The notes beneath the pieces were generated by a model. The model was not told where the DNA came from, did no database searches, and worked only from the letters and a program-made list of their open reading frames with translations. The position numbers and the translations under genes were made by a program. DNA of 64,000 nucleotides from Nageia nagi. Taxonomy: Eukaryota > Plantae > Pinophyta. Location: positions 150,598,001 through 150,662,000 of the forward strand of contig JBITNC010000001.1 in the NCBI GenBank assembly GCA_050084985.1, in the 5' to 3' direction. Positions 50,924 through 63,898 of this stretch are shown in pieces; within the stretch, counting starts at the first letter, position 1, and each line of letters starts with the position of its first letter.

Positions 50924-50998
50924 TTGCATGCAGGAATACCCATGTCAAAAATAAGCTTGAAATTAGCAGGAGCTCATAATGTTATGAATTCTTTGGCG
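50924..50998 (+). CDS. murC: MurC internal exon F: LHAGIPMSKISLKLAGAHNVMNSLA
   Basis: ttctAG acceptor and GTatgt donor; 75 nt. Contains the G.HN..N.LA adenine-binding motif of Mur ligases. Confidence 0.9.
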
Positions 50999-52469
50999 GT
51001 ATGTGATATTTAATGTTTTTTTCATTTAATTAGAATGGTATGTAGATGAAATAGACATGATAGTTTGATTTTTAAAGATATTTATTTCTAAGAATGTATT
51101 ACTTTCTGTCTTTCCTTTGGGATTGATATGGGAATAATATGCGATGCTATCAAATATCTTTGGGAACATGTTCTTTCAGAACACAAATATTAAGGAATAT
51201 CATACATTTAAAAAGGTACTATATTTGAACTTTTTTTTTTTGATATGGTAAAAGTTGGGAGGGGTTTTTTTATAAAGGCACCCAAAATTTGTATTTACAA
51301 AATTTTCCCAGATTACTATTGCATTTTAGTAACCTGTATAATTCCAATAAATTACAGAATGCTATATGTTGGTAGTACACTATTGTGCTAACTCTCCATC
51401 TAGACCATCTCCTATAGCTTGTTTGCCATTCCTTTAGCTCTGACTTCTGCATTGGCTACTAATGAGCTAGTTGTGGTACCTATCATTGATTCATTGGAGC
51501 CCTATGACTTCCTTTTGTTCTTTTCCTTGTGATGGCCATAATGCATTATATCTTTGACTCTTCGTTTCTTAGTCTGAACTGGGGTAGAGGAAACAATTGG
51601 GTGTGTTGTCATCTCTTGGCTTAGAGACTGAGTTGGGGATAGGTTAATGCCACTCGAAATATTTACAATCTCCTTTGGAGTTGCCATTATTTCTTGATGT
51701 CCTGACTATGAGGGAAGCTCCATTGCAGTGTACATCATCGAAGCCCAAGGTAGCATGTAGTGTGGGGATCGACATTTTGATGTTTGGGCTTTGCCTTTGA
51801 ATATCTCATTTGCTTGTTCCCAAAATTCAATGAGTTTTTCTTCTCTCAAAATGTTCAAGTTATTCAATCTATCAACAAAAGAAACATTTTGGACTCTAAC
51901 TACCAAGGTAGCCATTTGCATTGCCATGGGAGGTTGTCATTTCGATGGCTACTTCCATTTTTTGGCCAAATTTGTTCGCACAACTTGGATTGATTATAGC
52001 TGGTCTATAGAAAAACCCAAATGGATACCGGTCCCAACCTTCTTTTTCTTAGGAGTAGGGGTTCCCATGTGAATCCTATCATTGATGTAAGCCCTTCTTT
52101 TCTCCATATACCAAGTGAAATATTTTAGGGATGACATCATCTTCACTTGATAGCAAAGGGGTTTCCAGAGATTGACATGATTGTTGTTTTTCTTAAAACA
52201 TTGGTCTTGGATTTTGATGAAGGTTCAAAGCACTACCTAGGGATCATAGGTGGAGTTTATTCGATTTGGGTTGAAAAAGGGGTAGAGGAAAGCAAATGAC
52301 ATTCTCTTTCTTGAAGATTGGTCCTTAATAAATACTCAAAAGATTGTGAGGTTTGATGCTCTTTTGAAAATGAATTACTTGAAAACCCTCTTATCACTTT
52401 TTTTTTGGTGTTTGTAGTAAGTTTTTGTTGTACTTAAGGTTGTTGCCCTTGTTTAATTTTATATTGTAC

Positions 52470-54680
52470 CATAGTTCTCAGAATCAGAATCGGCAAAATA
52501 TTGTTTGGCTAGATGAGTAAGGTTAATCAAGAATTGGTAAATAAGAAAAAATGAGGACTTTCCCTATTTGGACATTTAAATAAATCACTTTTAGCTATCT
52601 CTCAACATTCCATATCAAATAACACATTACACAAGTGATATTATAATGTAACATTGGAAATTATAGAGTTTTGTATGAAATATTAAATGTCCATGCACCA
52701 AAATACATCAAAGATTTCCATTTTGACAAAACAAAATCTGAACCTAAACATTTATCTTCTTTGGCTTTCTTTCCCCTTTCTCTGTCTCTCTTTTGTAGTT
52801 GTTGCTCTTGTTGGTCCTAGTTCTACTTCTTCTCCTTATGATGTAGATGGACCCCCTTCTTGTGCTTGTGACTCTAATCTTGCTGCTCTGGTCATCCTTT
52901 CCTCTTCCTACGCCATTGCAATAGGTTCTTGTTTGAACCTTCCAACATCCTCAAAGTTGAAATCAAAATTCTGAACTTGTAAATGCCCATCAAAAGTCAA
53001 TATATTCAAATTCAATAGCTTAAGTTGAAAATTTATATTAAAATTCCTAAAGTTGAAACTTAAAATCAAAATTTTTAACTTGTTTTGGCACATCCCTCAG
53101 CCATGAAGCCCATGGGTCGCTTGGATCAATTTCATCCAACTCTATCACCTCATGACTAGTTCCTTCAATCTATCTATGACGTAGGCGAAGGTTGTAATGC
53201 ACTAATGCACAAAAACTAGATCATTCAAGCGCTCCTAGGTGAGCCTATTGCGCTTCTTTGAAAAATATAACCAATTTACCCCCTAAACACCATAGACAAA
53301 CTAGAAAAAAACAGAAAAAACTAGGGTTATGTAGGAAAGAAATAAAGTATATTATTGTCCTTGGGTGACCAAAAAGCGATCAATGTGACTAATAAGTACA
53401 ATCATGCTTGTGAAGCTAGCAAAGCCCCTACTGGGGAACATCTAAAGAAAGGAAAGCATAAAGAATAAAAAGGTGGTATTATAAAAAACATTTGTACAAA
53501 AGGTCCAAACCCTAAAGTAAGGGAGGAGCAAAAATCATAGTCCACTAGCTAGCCCTCTCCAGAGGGAAGCCAGAGTCATGCTTGCTACCTAAGGGAAGGA
53601 TCTTATTGGTCTCTGGGAGATGTGTCTGTGGTATAGTTGTTGGACGAAAAAAAGGATGTGATCTGATGAGTCCTCAATGTAGACTGGTGGTCTTGAATGC
53701 GTCTTCTAGTCTGACGAAGGGGGGGCGATTGCTCATCTTGACGTCTCCTATGAACTATCTCATGAAAATGAAAAAAGGATGTAATATGTTAATCCTTTAT
53801 CAACTACTGAGTTTGGGCTAGAAGGTGCTTTCGAAGAAGGAAAGCCTCTCGAAAGTATAGTGCTAAGCAACGCTGATTAGGGTAAATGAGGAATGAAGCT
53901 AATGAAGTGTGCAAATCTCGGAAGAGACAATAGTATTGACCATAAATCTCGTGGTAAGCCAAGCACTGAAAGACAATCTTTCCCCACCTTGGAGAAGTCG
54001 TTCCTGGTAACTTGGGAACATTGTGGGGAATGCCTCGAACCGTTCCCCTTGGCTATGGGCAACCAAAATTAAAAAAAAAAGAAAAGAAAAGAAAAAGAAA
54101 AGTGCAAAATAGATTGGGGGTGGAAGCCACCAATTTTCTCATGTACTCCAAATTGTGAAATGTATTATATATCATTCCAAAGAAAAAATAAAAATATGAT
54201 AATCCTAAGAATTTTTACTAGTATTATACTTGTTCCCTTGTTGTACCCAAGGGGTTACCCAAAAATGACCTCCACCATTCCCTAGTCCTTGGAATGCATT
54301 CCCTTTTTCCTAGGGCCTAGTGGAAACTTGAGAAAAACAACTTACTTGGATGTGTGGAAATCTCGATGAAAAATTGAAGTAGAGGTGAAAAATGTTGTTT
54401 CCAATTTTACCCTAGCTCCTCTTAGCTGCTAGTCAAATGCCAAAGTAAGAAAATGAATGAAATTTTTGTTTTTATGTCGACTATTGCACTTGTGTATCCC
54501 CAATTGATTTTGTCCTTGAGATTGGTAGTTAATCTCAATTTTTTTGATTAATTTAATCATCAAAAATCGGACATCTCATCAAAAAAGAATTATTTGAATC
54601 ATCCAACAATTAATTGTTTGCTTTGAATTGTCAATTTGATTCATTATTAATTTCCAAATCGGCCGATTTTGATAGCAAGG
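52470..54680 (-). mobile_element. Non-autonomous hAT derivative with only the dimerisation-domain remnant and internal nested pieces
   Basis: Perfect 8-bp TSD TATTGTAC (52462-69, 54681-88). Decayed TIRs CATAGTTCTCAGAATC / GATTTTGATAGCAAGG. KKRNRLT*ERLNDLVFVH at ~53205-53260. Confidence 0.8.
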
Positions 54681-55248
54681 TATTGTACCATTATTTGGAG
54701 GCTTTAGCCAATTTGGTTTTTGCAGCTTCATATTCTAAATCCACAGGCTTTCAAATTTGCCCAACTGCTCATACTTAGTTTAAATTAGGCCTTGGCCCCA
54801 GTTTGTCACTAAGGTGGAGGCTTTTGTTTTCACGAGATAAGCATTGACATGTGACATTACAAGATTGACCATGGAAATATAGGGTTTGACATGTACTTTG
54901 TGTTAGAATGTTCTCTTGCTTACTCTTGATTTCATTGTCTTCTACGGTTGGCTAGTTGTATGTTTTGCAACTACACTTAACCTTGTTATTTTGCATTTTC
55001 TGAAATTGCAAAGGCGTGAGCTAAATGGTTGAGGCAAGCTTTGATGACCTTAATTGACTTCCAAGACAAAAGTTAATTGACATCTAGTGGAGAAAACTGC
55101 CTCTATTTATTTTAATGGGCCATAAAAAGGACAAACTCTCTTGTTCTGCAAATGTCATCACAATCACATGGAGGTGTTGGTTGTTTTTTCTTTCCTATTT
55201 CGTTGGTGGAGTCAAGAAGAAAGGATCCCAACATTTTAGGTGAGACAA

Positions 55249-58200
55249 TGTGACCTATCCCCACTTGAAAGGACTTTCATCCCAAGGTTATTTCCAACTT
55301 GATATCACAAGTAACCTATATGCAATGTAGTGTGTAGTGATTTTGTGGTGATCTAGGATAGCTACAATGGAAGATGGAGATAGTGTAAATTGTTACCCAC
55401 ATTTTTTATAGGCATCTAGAGTATGTTTCTAGTTGCTCAAAAGATTGCTTATTCCTGCTGAGACTCTTTAAAGATTGAGTTGTTGTTAGGATTTAAGGAG
55501 CAACAAACGGAATGGGAAATGGAGTTGTTTAAAAAGGAAAACAAAGAAAATAAAATAAATAAAAATAAAAAGTTGGGGAGGAAACAAAAGTCTTGGCTAA
55601 GCCCAAAGTAAAACATTCATCACCAGTGGTGCATTGTCTAGATTTTTCCTTTTAATTAGGAGCTTCACATTCATTCATCAAGTATTTGTGTCAAACAACA
55701 TAGTCCGACTTGAATGCAAACATGAGCAAGAAGCAGGAGCGATGGATGAAGATATAAAGATGAATTGCGAAATATTTTGAATATAAGTTTCCAACCTAAT
55801 GACATATAAATAAATCATCTATAGTACAACCACTTTAGCATGCAAATTGCAAAAGATATAATCAAGCAACAATTCTCACACTTCATAAGATACACAATTA
55901 GCTTTTTCCTAGAACTCTAAGTATAAGAATTACAACAAGAAAATATCGAATTCAAGCATTCACATCTACAATTCCATAAGAATGATGAATTTCACTTCTT
56001 CTCAAATTACGCCACTTCATTCCAAAAGAGAGAGTTTACAATCTTCTCAAGCTTTACCCTCCTTTGGTGAAACTAGTTCATCCTCCCCCTCACAAATGAC
56101 CCTCAAAGGGGTACTCATAGTTTTGGTAGGCACAAACAACAATGTAGGTTTTGCCCTAACCCTAACCATAATGAAAATAAAATTAATGGAAATAAAGTTA
56201 TATTACATTCCAAAATGTGAGGAGCAAAAACTCTTCCTCACCTAAATAATATACTTAAATAAGTCTTGTAAAACAAATAATTAAAGATCTTCGACCATGT
56301 CTTTAAGTTTTATGCCTTGGGAAGCATGTTTCTCTCGTTTAGAGAGTAGATGTTTCATCCTCAAGATTCTTCTTCTTTTGACTCTCCTCCATCTCTTTGC
56401 CAATCCTTTTGAGTTGACCAATCCATTTTACACCTGTTGTCTTTACTTTGCCTATTTCCATCTTTTGAGTATGGGCCTCTATGTCTTGACATTCTTTAGG
56501 ATTCTTATTCAGAAGGACCTTGGTGATTGACAATGTATTATTGACTTTGAAGTTGGAATTTTCCACATAATGAGTCTATGTTATCTTGTCTCGCACCCTT
56601 TGGCTTGGATCTTCATGCGAAACTCGGATTAAGTATGCTAGGTCAAGATTGAACTTCTTTGATGAAATGCCCTTAGTGGCCACCACATTATTTGGCTTGA
56701 TTTCCTTCCCTTTCATTTTGGAGTTTATCTTCGCCATCTTGATCTTGCAAATGAAATGGTACCTATTGCAAAAGATAAATGTTAGTGAAAACCTAGTTTT
56801 AGATGGTTGTTTCGACTAGAAAGTGGCGAAATGGGACAATGGTATATGGCTAGGAGTAATTGTGCAGGTTTTTAGGATGAAAATGAGCTCAATTTGATAA
56901 GGAATGGGCAATTTGACTCAAGCTCATGAAAATGGAGGATTAGGACTTTTAAATCTTCGAAATGAGGAGATTGGATGGTGGAGGGTGCCCAGAAATGATG
57001 GTGCAAGCACTTTGGGGTGAAAATTGGTCAAGTGAAAGGTGGAACAAACACTCTTTAAGGTAAGTGCATGGAAATAGAATCTTAAAAATTTTAAGGGCTT
57101 GGAATAATGCACTTAGGCATTCTGGCTCTTTCTAACCTTTCAAACTTGCAATGTGGATGCCCTAGAAAGCTTGTGCAAGAATTTTGGGTCATACAATTTT
57201 TAATCATTCAAAATAATGCACCTAAGGAGAGGGATGAGAGGTGTCTGGAAAAATGGAGTGCTTGTACCACTTTTAAACCTCTCAAACCTAGCTTTGAATA
57301 CTTGGCAAGCACCTATTGGATGGAATATTGGCTTTATACTTCACAACTAGTGCAAATTAGGTTAGGCGCATGAAAATAAGGTCTTAAACCTCTTAAGCCT
57401 GAAATGATGCACAAGGGCAATTTTGATCCTTTTGACCTCTTAAATATGCAATTTTGGGGCTATGGGAGCTTCATGCAAGGATTTGGAGTCTTAGGATTTG
57501 TAAGGCTCCAAAATGATGCGCTTGGAGAGAGATCGAAGAGATGTAGTGTAAAATGAAGTGTTTATCTCCCTTTTATAGCTTTTTCTAGGGTCAAATTGGG
57601 CATGTGTTGGCTTCAAACTTGCAATTTTAACCCTTCTTGATGTGTGCCTAGGAGAATGAGCCATTCTCAAATGAGTTGGATCATTTCAACACATGAAATC
57701 CACCTCTTAACACTTTTAAGTCTCCATTTTGATGCACAAGGGGTTTTGGGCTTCTTAGAGCATGTTAGGCACATGATTTTGAAGTATTAGAACTTTTAAG
57801 ACCTTGATTCCATGTGCCAACCTCCTATAGTGTTTTTACTTGCTAAAATCGGTGGGGCCCCTTGTCTTGGGCGCATATAAATGGTTTCTTGCAAGTTTTA
57901 ATTTCTCTCTTCCTTGCACTCACCCCTTTGGCTTTTTTCTTGCTCAACCCAATGCATGATTTCCACCTCTTAACAATCTTAAGACTTGCTTTTCATGCAC
58001 CAAGGGTTTTTCGCTCCTTCTAGTCCATCTTAGGCACATGGGAATTGCTTCTTAAGATCTTTAAGATCCTAAAATGATGCACCAACCTTCTTAGGGGTGT
58101 TTTTGGGCTATTTTAACATCATGTTGCCCCTTTTAAGGCTCCTAAGGCATGCACATGGGTCTTGGGGGTCATTTTATGCACTAAAATATTAAAACTTTGA

Positions 58201-58939
58201 TTTTTTGACCTTTCAAAATCCCCTTCTAAGTGTCATTTCGCACCTTTTTACCTCCTTGAGCATTTTGAGACCCTTTTTGCATGTGCCTAAGCGATTTGGT
58301 CCCCTTTTACACATTTTGGGGTTTTTAAGACCTATTTTTTATGCGCTCAAGGTATTTTCTCTTATTTTGATATTTCAACCCCTTTAACACCTTGATATCA
58401 TGCACTTAAAAGGATTTCGCATCTTTTTACATCCTTAGGCATCTTAAGAGCCTCTTTTGATGCGCCTCACCCCCCTTTTGGCCAATTTTTGCAATTTCCA
58501 CATTCTTAAGGTTCTAATTTGATGCACCTAGGGGTTTTTCGTTCCTTTTTCACCCTTTAGCACCCATAGCATCTTCATTTTGCATTTTTCACCATTTGAG
58601 ACCCTGTCTAGGTGCTCTTTAGCCATTTTCACCATTTGCCATCTTGATTTAGTCTAGAATCCTCTTTGCAAACCCTTTGAAGTCCCTAGATGATATAGAT
58701 CTATTCTTTAACCCCCAGGGTAGTCCTAACATAGGTTTAGCATTTTCTCTTCTCAACGTCTGTTTTCCTGACTAAAGACGCCACCATAATAGTCAAATAT
58801 GAACTTATGAGTATAAATAAAGAAATGGCAAAGAGTCTTTCTTCATCCTGTGCCTTCTAAGGTAATTCTTTTCATTGCTCTGGCCAAAGAAGTGCCACCA
58901 AAATTGCTAGATTTAGGGATGTGTTGTGCGGGCACAACA
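55249..58939 (-). mobile_element. LTR-derived block; its right part is a diverged relative of the hairpin-array LTR family with a ~60-bp periodic array
   Basis: Ends in TGTTGTGCGGGCACAACA (58922-58939). An ATG(C/T)(A/G)C-type motif recurs at 58281, 58341, 58400, 58460 and 58522. Left boundary approximate. Confidence 0.6.
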
Positions 58940-59378
58940 GGAGGTTCATGGTAGGTTGCTAAAAATTGTACTGACAAGCATCTTTGCTAATTTTTCCAAT
59001 TGGCATCAGATTTAAATTTGAAGGGGCACCCATGTGTGCTTTGATATATCAAGGAAAAGTTTATGCTTTATAAAATTTTTGACCTTGTTTGACCTGGTGG
59101 GAAATGCCAAACTTTGATGACATCACATTTATGTGATAGTTGGGTTCTCTTGATAGGATGCAAAAAAATAGATGGAATTTTTCCTATTTTAGAATTGTTT
59201 CCACCCATATATGATTCTTGCATGCGTACATGGACAATTTTGGCTATATCTTTCAACACTATGTGAGTGTAAATTTGCATCCCATCTAAGGAAAAATGGC
59301 CTCTGCAATTGCCACCCCCTTGACCCAAACTATGAATTCTGAAGGCAAAACAATAATGGATGGGTGGTAATTGCACTG

Positions 59379-62300
59379 TGTAGACAAAGGTTAACCTACA
59401 TGGTAGCTGAGGTGGCTAAAATTTTACTTGCTTATTTGGACATGCAACTTGAATAAAAAGGATAAGGTTGTTACCATCTATATTTGCAATGAGGGGAGAT
59501 TGTCACATAATAATACAAGAGCATTGAGCACATGGTTGGCTATATGGGTGAGGGAATTCCTTCGAAATGTGGAGAGGCTTCCTCTACTAAGAAATACTAG
59601 GAGGTATGTGTTGGGATGCTTTTCTTTCCTGCGTGGGATACTCTAAATATCACGAGTGGAACTTACGAGATCCCAAGCAACATAGTTGGGAATGCGTTAT
59701 CAATTCCCCCGTTTGAAAAGCACTGGGTACCTCCAAGGCTCTTGTCGAAACACCTACTGAATGACTCAACGTTTTGTCGTTGTAGGTATGCTTGCCAAGC
59801 GAGATCTCGTGCTTGGGCAAGTGTTTCTGGTCTAGGGATAGATGAAAGAAAGTGCGGTATCCCTCTTTCGAATCAGCCTCAATGGAATGGAATGAGAGAT
59901 AACGGCCTATTAACCAACGTTGTTTTATTTGATATATAGAGTTTATTCAAAATATCTGTGTGGACTTAACAATTGTATTTGGTTTTGAAAGCATAAAGAA
60001 AGCGTAAAGAAAGCATAAATAAAATACTGTAAAGTGAGAGACTACAATTGTGAAACGAAAACGGATACTTGGTCAGATACCAAACAAGTCACCATGATGA
60101 AGCATTGTCTAAAAAGTTAATCCTTTTCGGATTAGTTTAGGGATTTCATCCAACTTTGCGAACAAACAACTATGTTCGAGTTGTTCCAAAGAGTAGCGGG
60201 GAGGAATGCCGATTGCAAGCAATCAAATGGACGTGGTGGAAGAATGTGGGAAGAACAAGAGTTTGGATGTAAACCTCTAGTTTGATGTCATAAAACAAGA
60301 AACAAATTCAGAATACCTCATCTACATGCATGTTGTGAACCAAGCAACTATCAAAGATTGATTTCCAACACTTTAAAGAATAAACCAATGATACATTCCC
60401 TAAAACTCGCGAGTTTTCAAACGAAGGATGCAAAAGTGTCAAACGAGCAATGATAATCCTTAAGAAACAATTCACAACACCATAAATGGAAAAACAGGTT
60501 CGATCTTTGCTTTAACCACTCTATATTAACTTGTAAAAGAGTTGTGCAAGGATACATCAATTTGCTCCTCTTCTACAAAAGTTTCACTTTTTTCACAAAT
60601 GAGCTCTAGTGAAAATGAGACCCCATGCCACTTATTTATAGCAAAATTAGGTCAAATTCTCAAGTGTTGCCCTAATTTCTAAAAAAGCTTTAAAATGCTA
60701 ATTTGAATGCTAAATTGAGATTACAATATCGTTTTAGTGGGAGAACAGTCTCATCCCACTAAATATGCTAGAAATAAAATATTTACAAAAATTGATGCCC
60801 TCTAGCATGCATTTTGAGGTGTTTTGCATCAATTTGGCAAAAATTGGAGCTTCAAATCCTTGTTCTGGATCCTTCTGATAGCCTTTTGAGCTCTTTCTTT
60901 TTCTAAATTTGGATTTGCCTTTGATGTGATCATTGTGGCAAATTTTCAACAGATTCTGAGAGAATTTTTCGAAAAAGTGGATTTTTTTTTTTGGTCTATT
61001 TTCGAAAAAAGATGGGTGGGTCCGAAATTTGGAAAATTTTTAAAAAGTGGGTTTGACCCCATGGATGGATGAAGGATGGGATTTCAAGGTCATTGGCAAG
61101 TTTTGAGAGGTTTTGGGGCTTTTAGGAGGTTTTGGGAAAGATTTGAAGTTTTTGGCAAAATTTTCAATTTTCATGTCTATGGATTTTTTTGATAGAAAAA
61201 AGTGAAAATTTCCATAGGAATGAAAAATGCCTCCTAGATTTTTGAGCATTTTAACTTGCTCAAATTTGAAAACTTGCAAGTTTAAAGTTGCTTGGAATTC
61301 CATTTTCCATGCAATGAAGGCAAATTTTTTGAATTTTGAGCAAAATTTGTAAATCCTCCTCAAGTTAGGTGCTAGTTTTCATCTCATTGGAATTCCATAC
61401 ACTTGGAAAACTGCATCTAGCCTTTTGGTGCCTTTAATTTGCTCAAAATTGAAAATTTGAAGTATTAAATGTGCTTGGAATGTCTTTCTCCATGCAATGA
61501 AGGGGTCCAACTTGACTTTTGAGTGAATTTGCACTTACCTCTCCATCTTAGGCGCTGATTTGCAATTCTATGGATTTGTAATGAGATGAAAACCTGCGCC
61601 TAGCTGCTAGAGGCATTAAATGAGCTCAAAATCACTTTTTTGTAGACCTAAATGTGTTTTAAATGGCATTTTGCATGCAATGAAGTGCTCACATATGACT
61701 TTTGGACAAAATTTGCGAATTCTTGGCAACTTAGGAACTAGATTTCAGTCCTATGTATCTTCAAACAGCCTCAAACCTGCGCCTAGATATTTATGCTCCC
61801 AAACTTGTTGAAAAATGGAAATTTTCTAGTTTAAATGTGCTTAGAATGGGGTGTTTTACCCATTTATGCCTTCAAATTTGGTTTTTGGTGAAAAATCCAT
61901 CTTCCTTCTTGATTTAGGTGCCAAAAAACACTCCATTGGAATTCCATTGGTATGAAAACATGTGCCTATGCTTTTGGGTCATTTCTCTTGCTTAAAAGTG
62001 AAATTTTGTAGACCTAAACCTTCTTGAAATGCCCTTTTCTTTGCTCACAAACCTTCAAACTTGAGTTTTGGACAAAATTTACCTTTTTTCCTCATGCTAG
62101 GCACCAAAATTCATCCTATTGGATTTCCATAGCCTTGCAAATCTGCGCCTAGGAATTTGGGCCATTTTCCTTGCTTAAAAGTGATAAATTGCAAGTTTAA
62201 ATGTGCTAAAAATGATGTTTTTCACCCAATGGACACCTTGGAATCAATTTTTAATGAGTTTTGCACTTATCCCTCAAACTTAGGTGCCATTTTTCACCTC

Positions 62301-63898
62301 TATGGATTTCGAAAAATATGGAAAACTGCGACTAGCATCTTGGTGCCCAAAACTTGCTCAATTTCAAAATTTTCAAAACCTAAATGTGCTAGAAATCACA
62401 TTTTACACCCAATGGACACCTTAAACTTGAGTTTTGACCAAAATTTATCAAATTTTTTGATTCTAGGCACTATTTTTCATCCCATTGGATTTCCATAGCT
62501 CTCAAAACCTGCACCTAGCCTTTAGAGTGCTCAAATGTGCTCAAATCGAAAATTTTGAGACCTAAATGTGCTGACAATCATGTTTTCCTTGGTCCCAAGC
62601 ACTTAAACTTAAACTTGATTTTTGGTCAAAAAACATTCCATCTTGTCATCCTAGGTGTCATTTTTCATTCCATTGGAATTGGAAAACTCTAGAAACTTGC
62701 GCCTAGCATTTTGGGGGTCTTTACTTGCTCAAAATCAAAAATTTTGAGACCTAGTGTGTCTCAGAATCACCTCTTCCATCCATCTATGCATTTACATTTG
62801 AAAACTAATGCATTTCCACTTTTCTTCCACAACCTAGGCGCCAAAAATCATCTCTATGGTTTTCCCATAGGCTTGAAAAACTGTGCCTAGCCTTTGAGTA
62901 CCTTAGACTTGGTCAAAATCGAAAATTTCGAGCCCTAATTGTGATAGAATTCACCTTATCTCTCCGAATATGCTCTTAGGCTTGAATTCCAATAACATGT
63001 GCATTTATCTAGTGAGAAATGTGCACCATTTTCCCCCGCTTGGGTTTTCAATACCTTGGGAAAATGTGCCTTAAGCTAAGGGTACTCAATCTTGCACTTT
63101 CGATCCATCTCGGACTCAATCTGTGCATTTTTGGCCATTCCCAATGTTTCTGAGCTCAAACTTGACCAAAACACCCTTTCCGGCACGTTCGAGCTCAAAC
63201 TCTGCATTTTCGATGATTTCTAAGCTCAAATGATGCAAAAACGACCATTTCTGCCTTTTCGGGCTCAAAGTTGTCATTTTCCATCATTTCCAGGTTCAAA
63301 GTATTCAATTCTGCCCATTTCCGGGCATTTCTGGTCATTCTAGGCTCAACTCGTCACTTTTGGTCATTTTCGAGCTTTTCGGAATCAAATCGTGCAAAAA
63401 TGCACATTTTCACCATACTAACCATTTCCAAGCTCAAAAGTGACCAAAATGCACTTTTCTACCTTACTTTCCCTTTTCCAACTCGCCAGGATCAACTTTT
63501 GCAAAAATGTCATTTTTTGCCATCCATGTCATTTTCAAGGCACCCGGACTTAAACTCTACAAAAATGCTCATTTTCGTCATATTTGGCATTTATGAACTT
63601 ACCACTCTGAAAGATGACCCCATCTCTACTGACTGCACTCTAGATCCAAAAATCCATGCTCTGATGCTCTCTCAGATCCTGCTTCCTTGGCTCCAAAACT
63701 GGTGACTAGATACTTTGATACTCTTCGGGGTCTTCATTGCGAAATCTCCTTGAAGTACTCCCTGATATCATGTTTGCACTCTTCAGAGTGAACTATCCGT
63801 CGCCCAAAAGCCAATCTCAAGGCAATGCACCTCATTGCCTTTGCAAAAATAGGGTCCCGAAAATACTGCATCCTGAGGTGTGTTGCGCGGGCAAAACA
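59379..63898 (-). mobile_element. Apparently complete ~4.5-kb LTR (hairpin-array family, copy 3), probably the 3' LTR of an element extending past the window
   Basis: The minus strand runs TGTTTTGCCCGCGCAACA...GTCTACA, with TATAAATA at ~60633-60640 and 183-bp units at 61400-62900. It is preceded on the minus strand by a weak PPT-like CATGGAGACATAC. Confidence 0.75.

Noticed and set aside
12917-50998. Bacterial contamination or recent horizontal transfer as the source of murC
   Set aside because: The gene is split by spliceosomal introns filled with plant TEs.
5761-63898. Short ORFs recurring in the three repeat arrays (for example FCTYPSKLGA..H.YGFR), and a 183-bp period divisible by 3
   Set aside because: These are translations of homologous non-coding LTR DNA. 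Frames break at different places in each copy and no known domain is evident.
58922-63898. A single element bounded by the 18-bp palindrome at both ends (GGATG/GTATG as TSD)
   Set aside because: Sequence left of 58922 is homologous to the subterminal region of the other copies, so both palindromes are right-hand ends of separate LTRs.
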